From the IMG/VR virus record IMGVR_UViG_3300010366_000001, positions 625-64,624 of that record: 64,000 bases of DNA, one strand, 5' to 3'. Under the pieces are notes generated by a model, which was given only the letters and a program-made list of their open reading frames with translations, did not search any database and had not been told where the DNA came from. Origin of the DNA: a virus (taxonomy: Duplodnaviria > Caudoviricetes). Made by a program: the position numbers and the translations under genes. The first letter of the stretch is position 1; each line of letters starts with the position of its first letter. Shown here one piece after another: positions 10,016 to 20,667 of the stretch.

Positions 10016-11301
10016 ACGAGCAACCAAAACAACAACCCACACCTGACCCACACAACCGCCACAGCGAGCTACCGCATGCCCCGCGAAGGCAACGAGGCCT
10101 CGCGCGTGCTGCGCATGGCCTGGGACGGCCGCGAGTGCCGCATGAGCGGCGGCAAGTGGGGCAGCCACTCCATCCTGGCCGGCGACAACGCGACGGTGCG
10201 CGCGCACTGGTCGGGCTATGTCAGCAACAACATGGGCCGCGCGATCAAGCCGGCCATCCAGTGGGAGCGTGCACGCTAATGACGCTCCCTAAGACGCTCC
10301 AACGCTACGCCGCGCGCATCGACGACTACTCCGACGAGCGCGCCAGCCAGAACGGCATCTGGCTCTACTACAAGCTCGGCTGGAAGTCCTGGACCGACCC
10401 GCTGGGCTGCCAGCACCAGGACCATGAAGACACGGTCGGCGAGCTCGCCTACTGCGCGCGCAATGCGATCCGCTGCGACTGCCCCGAGTGCGCGCCGCTC
10501 GGGGTCCCGGCCGCCATCAGGGAGGAACTCCAATGACGAAACGCGACGTAAAGGTCGGCTCGACCTACACGGCCAAGGTGAGCGGCAGGCTCGCCCACAT
10601 CAGAATCACCGGCATGTCGCCCTACGGCGGCTACGATGCCGTCAACGTGGCCACCGGCCGCGCGATCCGCCTCCGCACCGCGGGGCGCCTGCGCTCCGAG
10701 GTCGAACCCATCAACCGGCTCGAGTACATCCGCTCCCTGCGGATGGCCGGCCAGTCGTACGAGCAGGCGCGCGACGCCTATCTCGCGCAGGAGGGCAAGT
10801 AGATGGCAAAGCGCCAGTCCACTCTCCTAGTGGCCTGTAATCGCATCGTCGCCGACGAAGCCCTTTTCGATCAGGCGCTGAACGTGCTCCGGATGGCGTT
10901 AGTCGCGCTGGAAGACTGGCAGGACTTCCAGGGCAACGTGCTGCTGGTCGCCGCCGAGGTTCGCGAAATGTCCGCTGAGATCGCGAAGCGGCTGCGGTTG
11001 AACGAGGAGCCCGACCTCAATGGCGGCACTGGCGAGTCGTACGAGGCGCCCGACACCCATGGCTAAGCCTATCGAGGTGGAGATTACCGATGCGTCGGAG
11101 CACCACTGCTTCCGGCTGGTGCTCAATACCCCATCCGGCGAGAAGATCGAGATCATGCTGCACGCACGGGCGCTGGTCGATCTGATCTACCAGTCTTCGG
11201 CGGCGCTCTGCGAATGGCAGAAGCAGACCACGACGATGCTCATCTGCGCCAAGACCGGACTCACCGAAGATGAAGCCCGCAAGGCGGGACTGATTGCGTA
11301 G
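10013..11301 (+). CDS. Five small early genes: 10013-10279, 10279-10536, 10533-10802, 10803-11066, 11059-11301
   Basis: Stop/start overlaps or abutting ends; 10533 gene (MTKRDVKVGSTYTAKVSGRLAHIRI..GGYDAVNVATGRAIR) looks SH3-like. Confidence 0.6.
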
Positions 11302-11333
11302 GGCGCGCTCGAAAAATAATTTTCGCGAACCCC

Positions 11334-11372
11334 TTGACACGAAACAAGTCTTGTTTTAAGCTAATAAGTATG
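11334..11372 (+). promoter_or_regulatory. Leaderless sigma70 promoter with operator, copy 4
   Basis: TTGACA(11334)-17 bp-TAAGCT(11357)-7 nt-ATG(11370); perfect palindrome in spacer. Confidence 0.85.
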
Positions 11373-13029
11373 ACAGCAACCCAAATGATTCCCGCGGTCG
11401 GCACCGAAGTGCTGGTCCGCTTCGAAAAGATCCAGATCGCCTGCGCGGTGCGCGACGTCAAGATGAGCTACGGCGTGCCGCGGCTGCTGGTTGCCCCGGC
11501 CGCCGGCCAGGGCGAACAGTGGATCGAGCTCGGCCGCCTGGTGCGCCCCGAGCGCCCCGTCGCGATAGTCGGGAGGGCCTGGTAATGACGTTAACCAAGC
11601 AAGCGATTCAAGACGACCAGAACATTCGCCGGGCACTGAGCCTGATCAAGGAGCACGTGACCTCGGCCGAGACGCAGCAGAACCGGGATCTCCACGAGGC
11701 CATTCGGCTGGTGGTCGGCGTAGCCCGGCACTACAACCTGCTCGACGCGTACTGGGGCGCGCGGCTGCTCCGCGAGATGGTCGCGCCGATGATGTACACC
11801 TGCGATGGCTGCGCGCGCGACATCGAGCGCGGCGGCATCAGCGACGACGAAGGCAACCTGCAGTTGACCGGCCGCACCGGCAACTTCTATGCTCTCTGCT
11901 GCCTCTGCGGCGCCCCGGCCACCCACGAGGCTGAGCACGTCCAGGAGGTGCAAGGATGAACAAGCTAGAACTCGACGCGGCTATTGTCGCGCTCGCTCGC
12001 GAAGCCAAGCTGGACGGCTGGAATGCATTCGTGGAGGAGCTCAAGGTGCCCTCCGAGCTCTTCGGCGCCCTCATGACCAACCGGCCGGAGATGGTCCGGC
12101 TGGCCCAGCGGCGCCCGCTGACGGCCCAGGAGGCCGATGCGCTCTACAACCTGATTGCCGGACTGATCGAGACGAACAGCGCCCTGCGTGCACACGCGGC
12201 CCAAGTCGCCTCGCTGGTACAGGACTGGATGTCCGGTATCCACGGCATGATCTCAACCGCACGCAAGGTCCGGCAGTTCGCCCGCTTTGAGCACTCCGGC
12301 ATCTACGAGGGCGATGACGATGAAGCGTAACCGGTCCCTAGAGAGCATGTAATGGCACAGAACAAATTCACTTTGGCGTTCTTTGGGAGCGCGACGGTGA
12401 CGGAATACAAATTTCCGCGCTACCGCAAGGCGCACAAGACGCTGGAATCGGCACGCGAGACTGCCCGCCGCGTATGGGAGCAGATGAGCGAGCGCGGCTT
12501 ACCTACGGCCTGCCACACGCCGATTGTTTACGGTCCCGGCTGCGGTCGTGACGGGACATGTGTGGCACCGTGGTAATTCAGCAGGCAAGGAGCATGTAAT
12601 GGCAAAAAAATCAGCGATCGCGTGCCCCCACTGTGGGGGCGCGCTCTCAATCGAAATGATCGGTCAGCTTTGGGGCAGCTACTGCGGCAACCGCCGGCAG
12701 AGCCGCGAGCCCGGCCCCGGCCGGCCGCGGACTATGCCGCGCTGCCCGTGCGGCGCCATGACGGTCAACCGCGCCGAGCAGCGCAAGCACGTGTGCACCG
12801 CGCCGAAGCCGGCCAGGGCGCCGAAGGCGGTCGCATGAGCAACATCTGGCAGCAGCGCGCCGACGAGATCCTGGGCGACAAGTCGAAGGCGTACATCGCC
12901 GCGACGCTCTACTGGCTGGTGCAGAGCGCGATGAACTCGCCGATTAACCGCAAGCGCGTCCGGCCGGAGGAGCAACTCTGGATCGAGGCCGAGATGGTCA
13001 CGCGCGGCTTTCGCGGAGAGGGGGCCTGA
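11370..13029 (+). CDS. Six small genes: 11370-11585, 11585-11959, 11956-12330, 12352-12576, 12599-12838 (Cys/Zn motifs), 12835-13029
   Basis: Coupled ORFs; no recognisable family except Cys clusters. Confidence 0.6.
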
Positions 13030-13333
13030 GAGCCCCCAGGATCGCCCGCCGGGATTTCCGCGTGGGTCAGGGCACCCCCGCCCTGGCGACGCAGCCTGGC
13101 GCCCCGGACCGGGCCAAACCGGGCATTCCTGGGGCTTGGCCGGCCCCGGGTTGCGTTTATCGGCCGCTGGGGACTGGCGCAATGTACTATTACGCGCACT
13201 TAGCGGCTCCCGGGCTCGCCTGGTGAGCCACCAATAGTCAAAACTGATTACCCGCATTACGTTGTTTCCCCTACGGATTACGCCTATGTATTCCCCAGTT
13301 TTTCCCCAGCCAGGTAACATTACCGACGAAACA

Positions 13334-13372
13334 TTGCGCCAATCGTACGTATGCCCTACTCTGGATTGGCAC
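13334..13372 (+). promoter_or_regulatory. Sigma70-type promoter, second family
   Basis: TTGCGC-17 bp-TACTCT; 24/27 identical to 13709-13735. Confidence 0.6.
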
Positions 13373-13705
13373 ATGCCTAAACGCCCCAAGCGCCCCAAAC
13401 CCGACCCGCCGGCACCGTCGTTGGCCGATTCCCGATGGCACGATCTGACGCCTGCCCAGAAGAGCGCCGCCGGCAGGGCCAGCGCCGAGGAGCGCTGGAG
13501 GGGCAAATCGCCCGCGGAGCGCAAGGCGGAAATGAAACGCGTGGCGGCCGGCGGCGCCGGCCGCAAGCGGTCGCGCGCCCTGCGCTGCGGCTGCGGGAAC
13601 ATGACGCTCAAGCGGGCCCGCGCCCGGGCGGATCGCAACGGCACCGGTCTGGGGCACGAGCCGGGATGCCGGTTTTATCGCGATCCACTTCCCGAAATTC
13701 CTTGA
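13373..13705 (+). CDS. Small basic protein with W..lsPaER repeats and C-terminal Cys/His motif
   Basis: ATG at 13373; RWHDLTPAQK..RWRGKSPAERK; RCGCGNMTLKRA..GHEPGC. Confidence 0.6.
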   Translation: MPKRPKRPKPDPPAPSLADSRWHDLTPAQKSAAGRASAEERWRGKSPAERKAEMKRVAAGGAGRKRSRALRCGCGNMTLKRARARADRNGTGLGHEPGCRFYRDPLPEIP

Positions 13706-13730
13706 CAAAATCGTGCGTATGCGCTACCCT
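13702..13730 (+). promoter_or_regulatory. Sigma70 promoter of the tyrosine-recombinase operon
   Basis: TTGACA(13702)-17 bp-TACCCT(13725). Confidence 0.7.
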
Positions 13731-13739
13731 GGATTTTAG

Positions 13740-13913
13740 ATGGCAGACGCGGGCAAGGCGGTCATCCGGACGGTACGTCGCAACGGTTTTCAGACGTGGC
13801 GGGTCGGGTTGTCCTGCGAGCATTCAATCGTTCTTACCCGAAAAGAATTCGCCCGCCTGCAGTGGTTTATCGGCCGCACCATCTACTGTCCGAAATGCCT
13901 GGAGAAACAATGA
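13740..13913 (+). CDS. 57-aa putative Zn-ribbon protein (not in the ORF track)
   Basis: MADAGKAVIRT...LSCEH...YCPKCLEKQ; its TGA overlaps the recombinase ATG. Confidence 0.65.
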   Translation: MADAGKAVIRTVRRNGFQTWRVGLSCEHSIVLTRKEFARLQWFIGRTIYCPKCLEKQ

Positions 13914-14821
13914 CTTCCGCAATTGCAATCGTTTCCACGAATCCGCTTTCCGACTACGCCCCGGTGCGCCGGCTGGTGCTCGATGCGGTCTCGAGCCCGA
14001 TCACCCGCCAGATGTACGGGCTGGCCCTCGACGAGTTCTTTACGTGGCACCAGGCGGCCGGATCCCCGGGCTTCAGCCGGGCCACCGTGCAGGCTCACCG
14101 CGCATCGCTCGAATCAAGCGGATACAGCCCATCTACAATCAACCAACGCCTATCTGCCATCCGTAAGCTGGCCTCCGAAGCGGCCGCCAACGGACTGCTC
14201 GACTACGCCCAGGCAGCGGCCATCAAGGACGTGCCCAACGTCAAGCAGCACGGCGTGCGCACGGGCAACTGGCTGACCAAGGCCGACGCCCAGAAGCTGC
14301 TCAACGCCCCCGACGCGACCACGGTCCGCGGCATGCGCGACCGCGCCATCCTGGGACTCCTGGTCGGCTGCGGCCTGCGCCGCTCGGAGTGCGCCAACCT
14401 CAAGGTCGGCGACATTCAGCAGCGCGAGGGGCGCTGGTGCATTCCGGACCTGATTGGCAAACACGGCCGGATTCGTACGGTTCCAGTGCCGGCCGGCGTG
14501 AAGGAGCGGGTCGATCAGTGGATGGCGGCCGCGGGCGTCGAAAGCGGTTTCATTTTCCGCGCGATCGACAAGCACGGCCACATGGCCGAGTCCCTCTCCG
14601 ACGACGCCATCATGGAGGTGGTCGTCAACTACAATGCCGATGTCCGCCCCCATGACCTGCGCCGCACGTGCGCCAAGCTCTGCCGCAAGGCCGGCGGCGA
14701 GATTGAGCAGATTCAGTTCCTGCTCGGCCACTCCTCGATACAGACGACCGAAAGGTATCTAGGGACACAGCAGGATCTCGAGTCCGCGCCCAACGACAAA
14801 CTGGGCCTCAAATTTCTGTAG
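13910..14821 (+). CDS. Tyrosine recombinase (core-binding plus catalytic domains, no arm-binding domain)
   Basis: Catalytic R (GLRRSE), K (GKHG), HxxR (HDLRR), H (LGHS), Y (TERYL); ATG at 13910. Confidence 0.92.
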   Translation: MTSAIAIVSTNPLSDYAPVRRLVLDAVSSPITRQMYGLALDEFFTWHQAAGSPGFSRATVQAHRASLESSGYSPSTINQRLSAIRKLASEAAANGLLDYAQAAAIKDVPNVKQHGVRTGNWLTKADAQKLLNAPDATTVRGMRDRAILGLLVGCGLRRSECANLKVGDIQQREGRWCIPDLIGKHGRIRTVPVPAGVKERVDQWMAAAGVESGFIFRAIDKHGHMAESLSDDAIMEVVVNYNADVRPHDLRRTCAKLCRKAGGEIEQIQFLLGHSSIQTTERYLGTQQDLESAPNDKLGLKFL

Positions 14822-14877
14822 ATTTAATCTCGATTTCTGATATTTTATTCGGTAACGACAGGAGGCACTTACCGATA

Positions 14878-15354
14878 ATGCCGAAACGAGAAAAACGCAC
14901 GACGGAAGATTTAGACGAACTGCACCTGCATGCCAGGATGGGCCGGGCAGCCCTGATACCGGGCATGCAGCGTGCGATCGAGATCATGCAGCGCGAACTC
15001 GATAAGATGCGCCTCGACCTGATGGGCCTCGAGGCGCCGGAAAAGCAACCGGAAAGTAAGCGGAAAAATTTCGGAACAATTTTGGAAAAAATTCGGAAGC
15101 AGCCGTCCGGCTGGTCGTCCGACCCGGAAGAGCGCAAGCGCGAGATGGCGCGCCGCATGGCCGCCCACCAGAAGAAGGCGAAGGGGCTGCACCCGCGCGA
15201 TGCTGACCACCCCGACCACGCGAAGTGGCTGCGCAAGATGCGCCGCGTCAGTAAACGTACCTGGGAGAAGCTTTCACCCGCCGAGCGCAACGAGCGACAG
15301 AACAAGATGCGCGCCGCCCGGGGCCTCCCGACCGTGCGCCTGGCAGTAGCATAG
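14878..15354 (+). CDS. Highly basic hypothetical, possible nucleic-acid-binding protein
   Basis: K/R-rich; TWEKLSPAERNERQNKMRAARG. Confidence 0.6.
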   Translation: MPKREKRTTEDLDELHLHARMGRAALIPGMQRAIEIMQRELDKMRLDLMGLEAPEKQPESKRKNFGTILEKIRKQPSGWSSDPEERKREMARRMAAHQKKAKGLHPRDADHPDHAKWLRKMRRVSKRTWEKLSPAERNERQNKMRAARGLPTVRLAVA

Positions 15355-15364
15355 GGGTTCAGCC

Positions 15365-17218
15365 ATGACAAGACTCTCCAACCGGCAGTACCCAATGATC
15401 CGCGCCCTAGACAATCTCGGGTCGCACTACATGTCGATCGACGAAGCGCAGGCCTACGACCAGCGCCCCTTCCGCTCGATGCTTCTCCGCGGCTGGTGCG
15501 CCTACCGACCGAAGCACGGCTTCCATATCACCCGGGCCGGCAAGGCCGCGCTGCACGAGTTCCTGAGCACCGATATCGCGCGTAAGGACGCCACCCTGCC
15601 GCTCACCGCGTACTTCGATCCGACGGCCTACGGCCTTCATCCGACCAGGGTGCACGTGATGCCGAAGCGCAAGGTGGCGTGAGACCGGACATGATCACGC
15701 GTGGGGGCGCGCCGGCTGCGAGGATGGGGGTTGACGAGAACGGCTGGTATCGCCGTGTCCAGTCCGACGGCCGCGTGATCCGCGTTGACAGGCGCTGGTT
15801 CAACTCGCTGCTCACGGTGTCGGCGTCGAGGGAAGCAATCACGTGGGACGACGGGTGGTGATACCCCGACTTCGCGCTCGCCGTGAGCGACGCACTGATT
15901 TGGGATCCGGGCATGGTCGTGGTGTGCGCGCTCTGCGGAGGCGAGCGCGGGGGTGACGATCCGCCCGGGCCCTGGTTCCGCCACCGGCCGAGTCATCGCA
16001 GACGTATCCCGATCCTCGGCCCGGTGCGCGGCCGCGCGCTGGGCTACTTGACGTACGTGAGGGTTTGATGGATCTAAACCAGCAAGTGCAGCAGTTCGCA
16101 AGCAAGTGGGGCCCGAGCAGTGATGAGCAGTTCCAGCGATTCGTTACTGATCTACGCGCCCTCTTGGAAAGTTATGGCAGGGCCGCGCTTCTGCATCAGA
16201 GCTTTCCCGACACCGAGCACGAACATGGAGATCCCATATGACGGTCCGCGAACTGATGGCGCGCATCGCCGGCGCCGACTACGACTGGGTGGACGTAGAC
16301 AAAGGGATGCTCGACGCCCTGGCCGACATACCCGTGCGCGAGGCTATGGTGGCCGGCATCGATCCGCGCGACGGGCGCCCCACGCTGATGCGGCTGCCGG
16401 TCGCCAACCTGCGCAAGAAGGAGCGAAGCCAGTGAAACTAACTGTTGTGCGGTTCGTATACGAGCCTCCTGCGCTACAAATCACGCCGGAAACGGAGTAC
16501 GAGTCCGCCGTGCTCCAGCGGTATTGGGCACACGCCGAACTGACAGTAGGAAAGGCCGATGAATCCTTCAACGGGTGGGGGTATGGCATCCGGTTCAAGG
16601 AGGGAGGGCAAAAAGTCGAATGATGCGCCTCGAGAAAAACCAGCTTGTCAAAATACGCCTGGCCGGTTCAGGAGACGGATGGGCCCGCGGGGTAGTAATT
16701 CAGGCGTCTGGTGGAGATCCGCAGAGCGTGGCGTTGCTAATCGACGGGCTGGTGCGGTCGCATAGCGGCGGCTGGATTGGCGGAGGAATGCCGCTGACGA
16801 TCAACTATGAGTTGGAAACCGCCACCAGCCTGATTGGCGATCAGTACGAGATGGAGGTAGTGGAGGCATGAACGATCAGCCCATCTGGGTGGGGGATCCC
16901 TATCGGTGGTCGGCTGCCGAAATTATCGCGAACGCCTGCCGCGAGGCGGAGGTCGAACTGCTCTCTGCAGAGAGCCATCGTCAAGCCAGCTTACGCGAGC
17001 AGGTCCGGCTCGCCGCCAAGCGCCTGATGACGAGGCTATTCCCCTTGCCGGATTTCTCGGACCTGCCCCTAATGCCGATAGGCGCAACCTTCCTCGGCGA
17101 GGCATGGCCGGGTTATAACGACCACTCGTTCAACAGAACCTACCGGTGGCGAAAAAAGCAGGCCAAGGGGCCGCCTCGTCGCGCCTGGCTGCTGCGCAGA
17201 TGGAGAGGTGGCGGATGA
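15365..17218 (+). CDS. Run of small hypotheticals: 15365-15682, 15679-15861, 15883-16068, 16068-16241, 16238-16435, 16432-16623, 16620-16871, 16868-17218
   Basis: Mostly translationally coupled ORFs. Confidence 0.55.
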
Positions 17219-17766
17219 AGCCAATGAGAGCCGATGACATGCTGGCGGAGATCCTGCGACGGCAGAAGGATTACGGCGCGCGCGACGTTGCCGAAGAACG
17301 GCGCAAGCTCATCGAGATGTGGCGCGAGGCGCACCCTGACGCCGTCGCGCAGCCGCCCAGCGTACACCGGCCGCTCGTCAAGATGGACGACGGCGTGGTG
17401 GACGACAGGAACCGACCAGAACGCTGGTTCAACGACGTCTACCAGGTGACGGTGCGCATCTGGACGAAAGACCCAGTTTTCGGCACGTACGGAGGCATGA
17501 TCCAGATTGGCATCAACGCCCACGACGGCACCGCGCGCCACGACTGGCGCGACTTTCAGAACATCAAGAACCAGATTGCCGGGCCGGAGTGCGAAGCATT
17601 CGAACTGTATCCCGCAGAAAGCCGGCTGCTCGATCCGAGCAATTACTACACGCTCTGGTGCTTCCCGGGGATCAAGCGAATCAAGGTCGGCAACAACGAA
17701 GGCCGGCGCGTGTTTGACGCCGACGAGGCGCTCGCCCCGCAGCGGGCGTTTGAGAAAACGGAATGA
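17215..17766 (+). CDS. Conserved phage hypothetical (DUF7694-like)
   Basis: RHDWRDFQNIKNQIAGPECEAFELYPAESRLLDPSNYYTLW pattern. Confidence 0.55.
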   Translation: MKPMRADDMLAEILRRQKDYGARDVAEERRKLIEMWREAHPDAVAQPPSVHRPLVKMDDGVVDDRNRPERWFNDVYQVTVRIWTKDPVFGTYGGMIQIGINAHDGTARHDWRDFQNIKNQIAGPECEAFELYPAESRLLDPSNYYTLWCFPGIKRIKVGNNEGRRVFDADEALAPQRAFEKTE

Positions 17767-18416
17767 CGATGCGAGCAGATCTTGATTGGGCCGCGCTGCC
17801 CGAGCGCATGCGCGCGCTGCCAATCAGCGACCGCGGCTACCCGGTGCCCTGGTTCGTTGAGTGGGTGGACGGCGTGCCGGAGTTTCGCGCCATGGACACA
17901 CGTAAGTGGGTCCGGGCCGTGAAGGAAAAGCTCTGCTGGGTGTGCGGCCAGCCACTCGGCGCCTACCTGGCATTCGTGATCGGCCCGATGTGCGGCATCA
18001 ACCGCACGACCAGCGAACCGCCGTGCCACCGGGACTGCGCCGAGTGGTCGGCAAAGAACTGCCCGTTCCTGAGTCGGCCACACATGGTTCGGCGCGAGAA
18101 CGACCTGCCCGAGGGCGTGCTCGATCCGGCCGGCATGCACATCCCGCGCAACCCGGGAGTGATGCTCATCTGGATCACGCGATCGTACAAGCCGTTCAAG
18201 GCCGGGCTGCGATCGGACCAGTTCGACTACCTGATTGAAATCGGCGATCCGGTGGAGCTCGAGTTCTGGACGGAGGGACGCCGGGCCACGCCGGAGGAGG
18301 TCGAGCGATCCGTCGAGACCGGACTGCCGGCGCTCGAGGAGGTGGCGCGGATGGAGCATGGCGGCGAGCGGGCCCTGGCGCAGAAGGTGGAGGCGTTCCG
18401 GAGGCTATACCGGTGA
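17763..18416 (+). CDS. Cys/His-rich conserved phage hypothetical
   Basis: RGYPVPWFV; LCWVCG; EPPCHRDCAEWSAKNCPFL. Confidence 0.65.
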   Translation: MTMRADLDWAALPERMRALPISDRGYPVPWFVEWVDGVPEFRAMDTRKWVRAVKEKLCWVCGQPLGAYLAFVIGPMCGINRTTSEPPCHRDCAEWSAKNCPFLSRPHMVRRENDLPEGVLDPAGMHIPRNPGVMLIWITRSYKPFKAGLRSDQFDYLIEIGDPVELEFWTEGRRATPEEVERSVETGLPALEEVARMEHGGERALAQKVEAFRRLYR

Positions 18417-19729
18417 ACACAGAGGCAGGCCTATGGGCGTGGCGATGCGCCGGTGAGGGGGTGGAGGTGGAGCCGATCATTTTTCGAGAAGAGGGAGACC
18501 GGGTCACGCTGGAGATGTCGCGTGACGATTACGAGCAGTTGCTGTTGATTCTCGGGTTTCAGGAAGGTAGCGTCCTACGCACAGGCGACGAGAGAACGTT
18601 TTACCGCTGGCTCGAATTCATCAATCGGTTGAATGCGGGCAACCCTCGATTCACGCCCTACGAGATTCCGATGGAGTACGAAGGCCAATGAACTGCCCCT
18701 TCTACGGCCGCCACATGTTCAGGAACAACAGCCTGGTGGTCGATCCGCCATTTCTCCTGCTTCCGCAAGCCGGCAATCAGTGCGGACTCGTGACCACGAA
18801 GCACGCGCCTTGCTACATGGAGATCAACCACCTCGACGTCGACTGGCGGGAGTGCCCGATCGTGCGCGAGACGCGGCTTGAGGAGACGGTATGAAGACGG
18901 GCGACATGGTGAAGGTCTACCCGCACGGGTCGCCGGGGCAGGCGGCCGAGGGGAAAGTGCTGATCGTTTCGGGGAACCAGAAGGCGGTAACCGTTGGGTT
19001 TGAGGAGAAACCTCCGTTCGCGATCGTGAGAGACATTATGGCAATTAGCCCACGAGACGACATGATCACCATGTTTCTTTACCGCTATGAGATCGGACCG
19101 TGGGTGGAAATGGTCGGCGGCGGGCACTACGAGATCGAGGGGCAGGCATGACCGATCCGGAGCTCGAGGGAATCGCGCGCCAGTCGCTCAACATGATGAA
19201 GAGGGACGCCGAGTGCGGGAAGCTCAACTTCTTCATCGGGGCGTGTGCCTACGAAGGGGAGCCGTTGCACCGCATGCGGAAGATCGAGCAGCAGCTTATC
19301 GACCGATGCGGCGAGAGGTGGCTCAACGACGAGCGCATGAAGAGCCGGGCGTTCCACACTATGCGCCTGATCTTCTCGCTCCTGCCTCCGGCCGCCATTG
19401 TGTTCGGGACCGCGGCGAACATGTTCCGGACCACCAAGAAGTTCGACCAGTTGCCGGCGGAAGAGCAGGAACAGATGCTTGACGGCGGCCACGATCGGCA
19501 CCACACTGCGGTCAAGCGCGGGCTGATGACGATCGAGGACGTGCTCCAGGCCACGGCGCAGACGCCCCAGCGGGTCTGCATCTCGCAGTGGATACGCGGC
19601 CACACGCAGCCCGAGCCGCCGCACTTCCTCGATCAGAAGGACTTCGCCGGGCGGCTGAAGATGTTCGGACCCAAGGTCAAGCTCTCCGATCAGATGCTGG
19701 CACAGAAGAAGGGGTGGGAGGTGCAGTAA
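18413..19729 (+). CDS. Four hypotheticals: 18413-18691, 18688-18894, 18891-19151, 19148-19729
   Basis: Coupled ORFs. Confidence 0.6.
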
Positions 19730-20667
19730 TGCCCCGGCTGATTGATGACCTGCGCGCGCCCGATGCGAAGGTTGCCATGCCAAACATCGTGGCGTCGCGG
19801 CTCGAGCAGGCCTGGACCAGCTACGCTGCCACCGTGAACGAGATCCTGCACGATGAGTTTCCGATCCTGCTGATCGATAATGTCGCCGACTACTACTTCC
19901 AGGCCAGCGACCAGGAATATTGGGATCTCTCGAGAGACTTTCCCAACCTGGCGCCGCCTTACGTGCGGTTCTGGTGCGAGCACAAACTGCCGAAGACCAT
20001 CCATTCCAAGCAAAAGGGCGACACCCAGGTATCGGAGTTGGTGCCGAGCGGCAGAGTCGGCATACTGATCACGGCGCTCGATCCGAAGGAGTGCAAAGGC
20101 GATGGCATTCCGGTTGAGGCCCGCTGGATTCTGTGGGCCGATATCTTCATCGATTTCGGCCGGCGGGATTGTGCCGCGGACGGACCGCACTGCCCGATCT
20201 TCCTGGCAATCGATGCTGAGGGACGGTTACTCGGCGAACCCCACGCGCAGAGCTATTCCGAGCCGGAGCTCGGGGAGATTGTGCGCTCGCTGATGACCTG
20301 GTTGCACCCGGCCCTCCTCGCGATCTCATTCCTGCACTGCAAAAATGTCGCGATCGTCGAGAACGAGGCGCCGGCCAAACTCGCCAAGCGGCACCGCGAG
20401 CGACATGGCGTCACGCCGTGCCGCTACAAAACTTTGATCATCGAGCCGCTCAAGCAGATCCTGCGGCGCGAGGGCGGCAGCGACAAGGTGGGGATACAGC
20501 GCGCGCTGCACATCTGCAGAGGGCATTTTAAGGATTACCGCCAGGGCGCCGGCCTGTTTGGGAGGTATCACAAGTTGATCTGGCAGCCGTCGATCGTACG
20601 CGGCACGAAGGGAGAGAAGGCCCCGCCGCGCGAAGCGGAGATTCGATTACCCAAGGAGGCGCTATGA
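19729..20667 (+). CDS. 312-aa hypothetical with C-terminal LHICRGHFK motif
   Basis: TAATG overlap start; HxxRGH(F/W) C-terminal motif seen in many phage unknowns. Confidence 0.65.
   Translation: MPRLIDDLRAPDAKVAMPNIVASRLEQAWTSYAATVNEILHDEFPILLIDNVADYYFQASDQEYWDLSRDFPNLAPPYVRFWCEHKLPKTIHSKQKGDTQVSELVPSGRVGILITALDPKECKGDGIPVEARWILWADIFIDFGRRDCAADGPHCPIFLAIDAEGRLLGEPHAQSYSEPELGEIVRSLMTWLHPALLAISFLHCKNVAIVENEAPAKLAKRHRERHGVTPCRYKTLIIEPLKQILRREGGSDKVGIQRALHICRGHFKDYRQGAGLFGRYHKLIWQPSIVRGTKGEKAPPREAEIRLPKEAL

Noticed and set aside
14849-14875. TCGGTAA-N13-TTACCGA dyad, and GGTAA/TTACC dyads at 13313 and 62252
   Set aside because: Spacers differ (13, 2 and 4 bp), so they do not define one recombination core or operator
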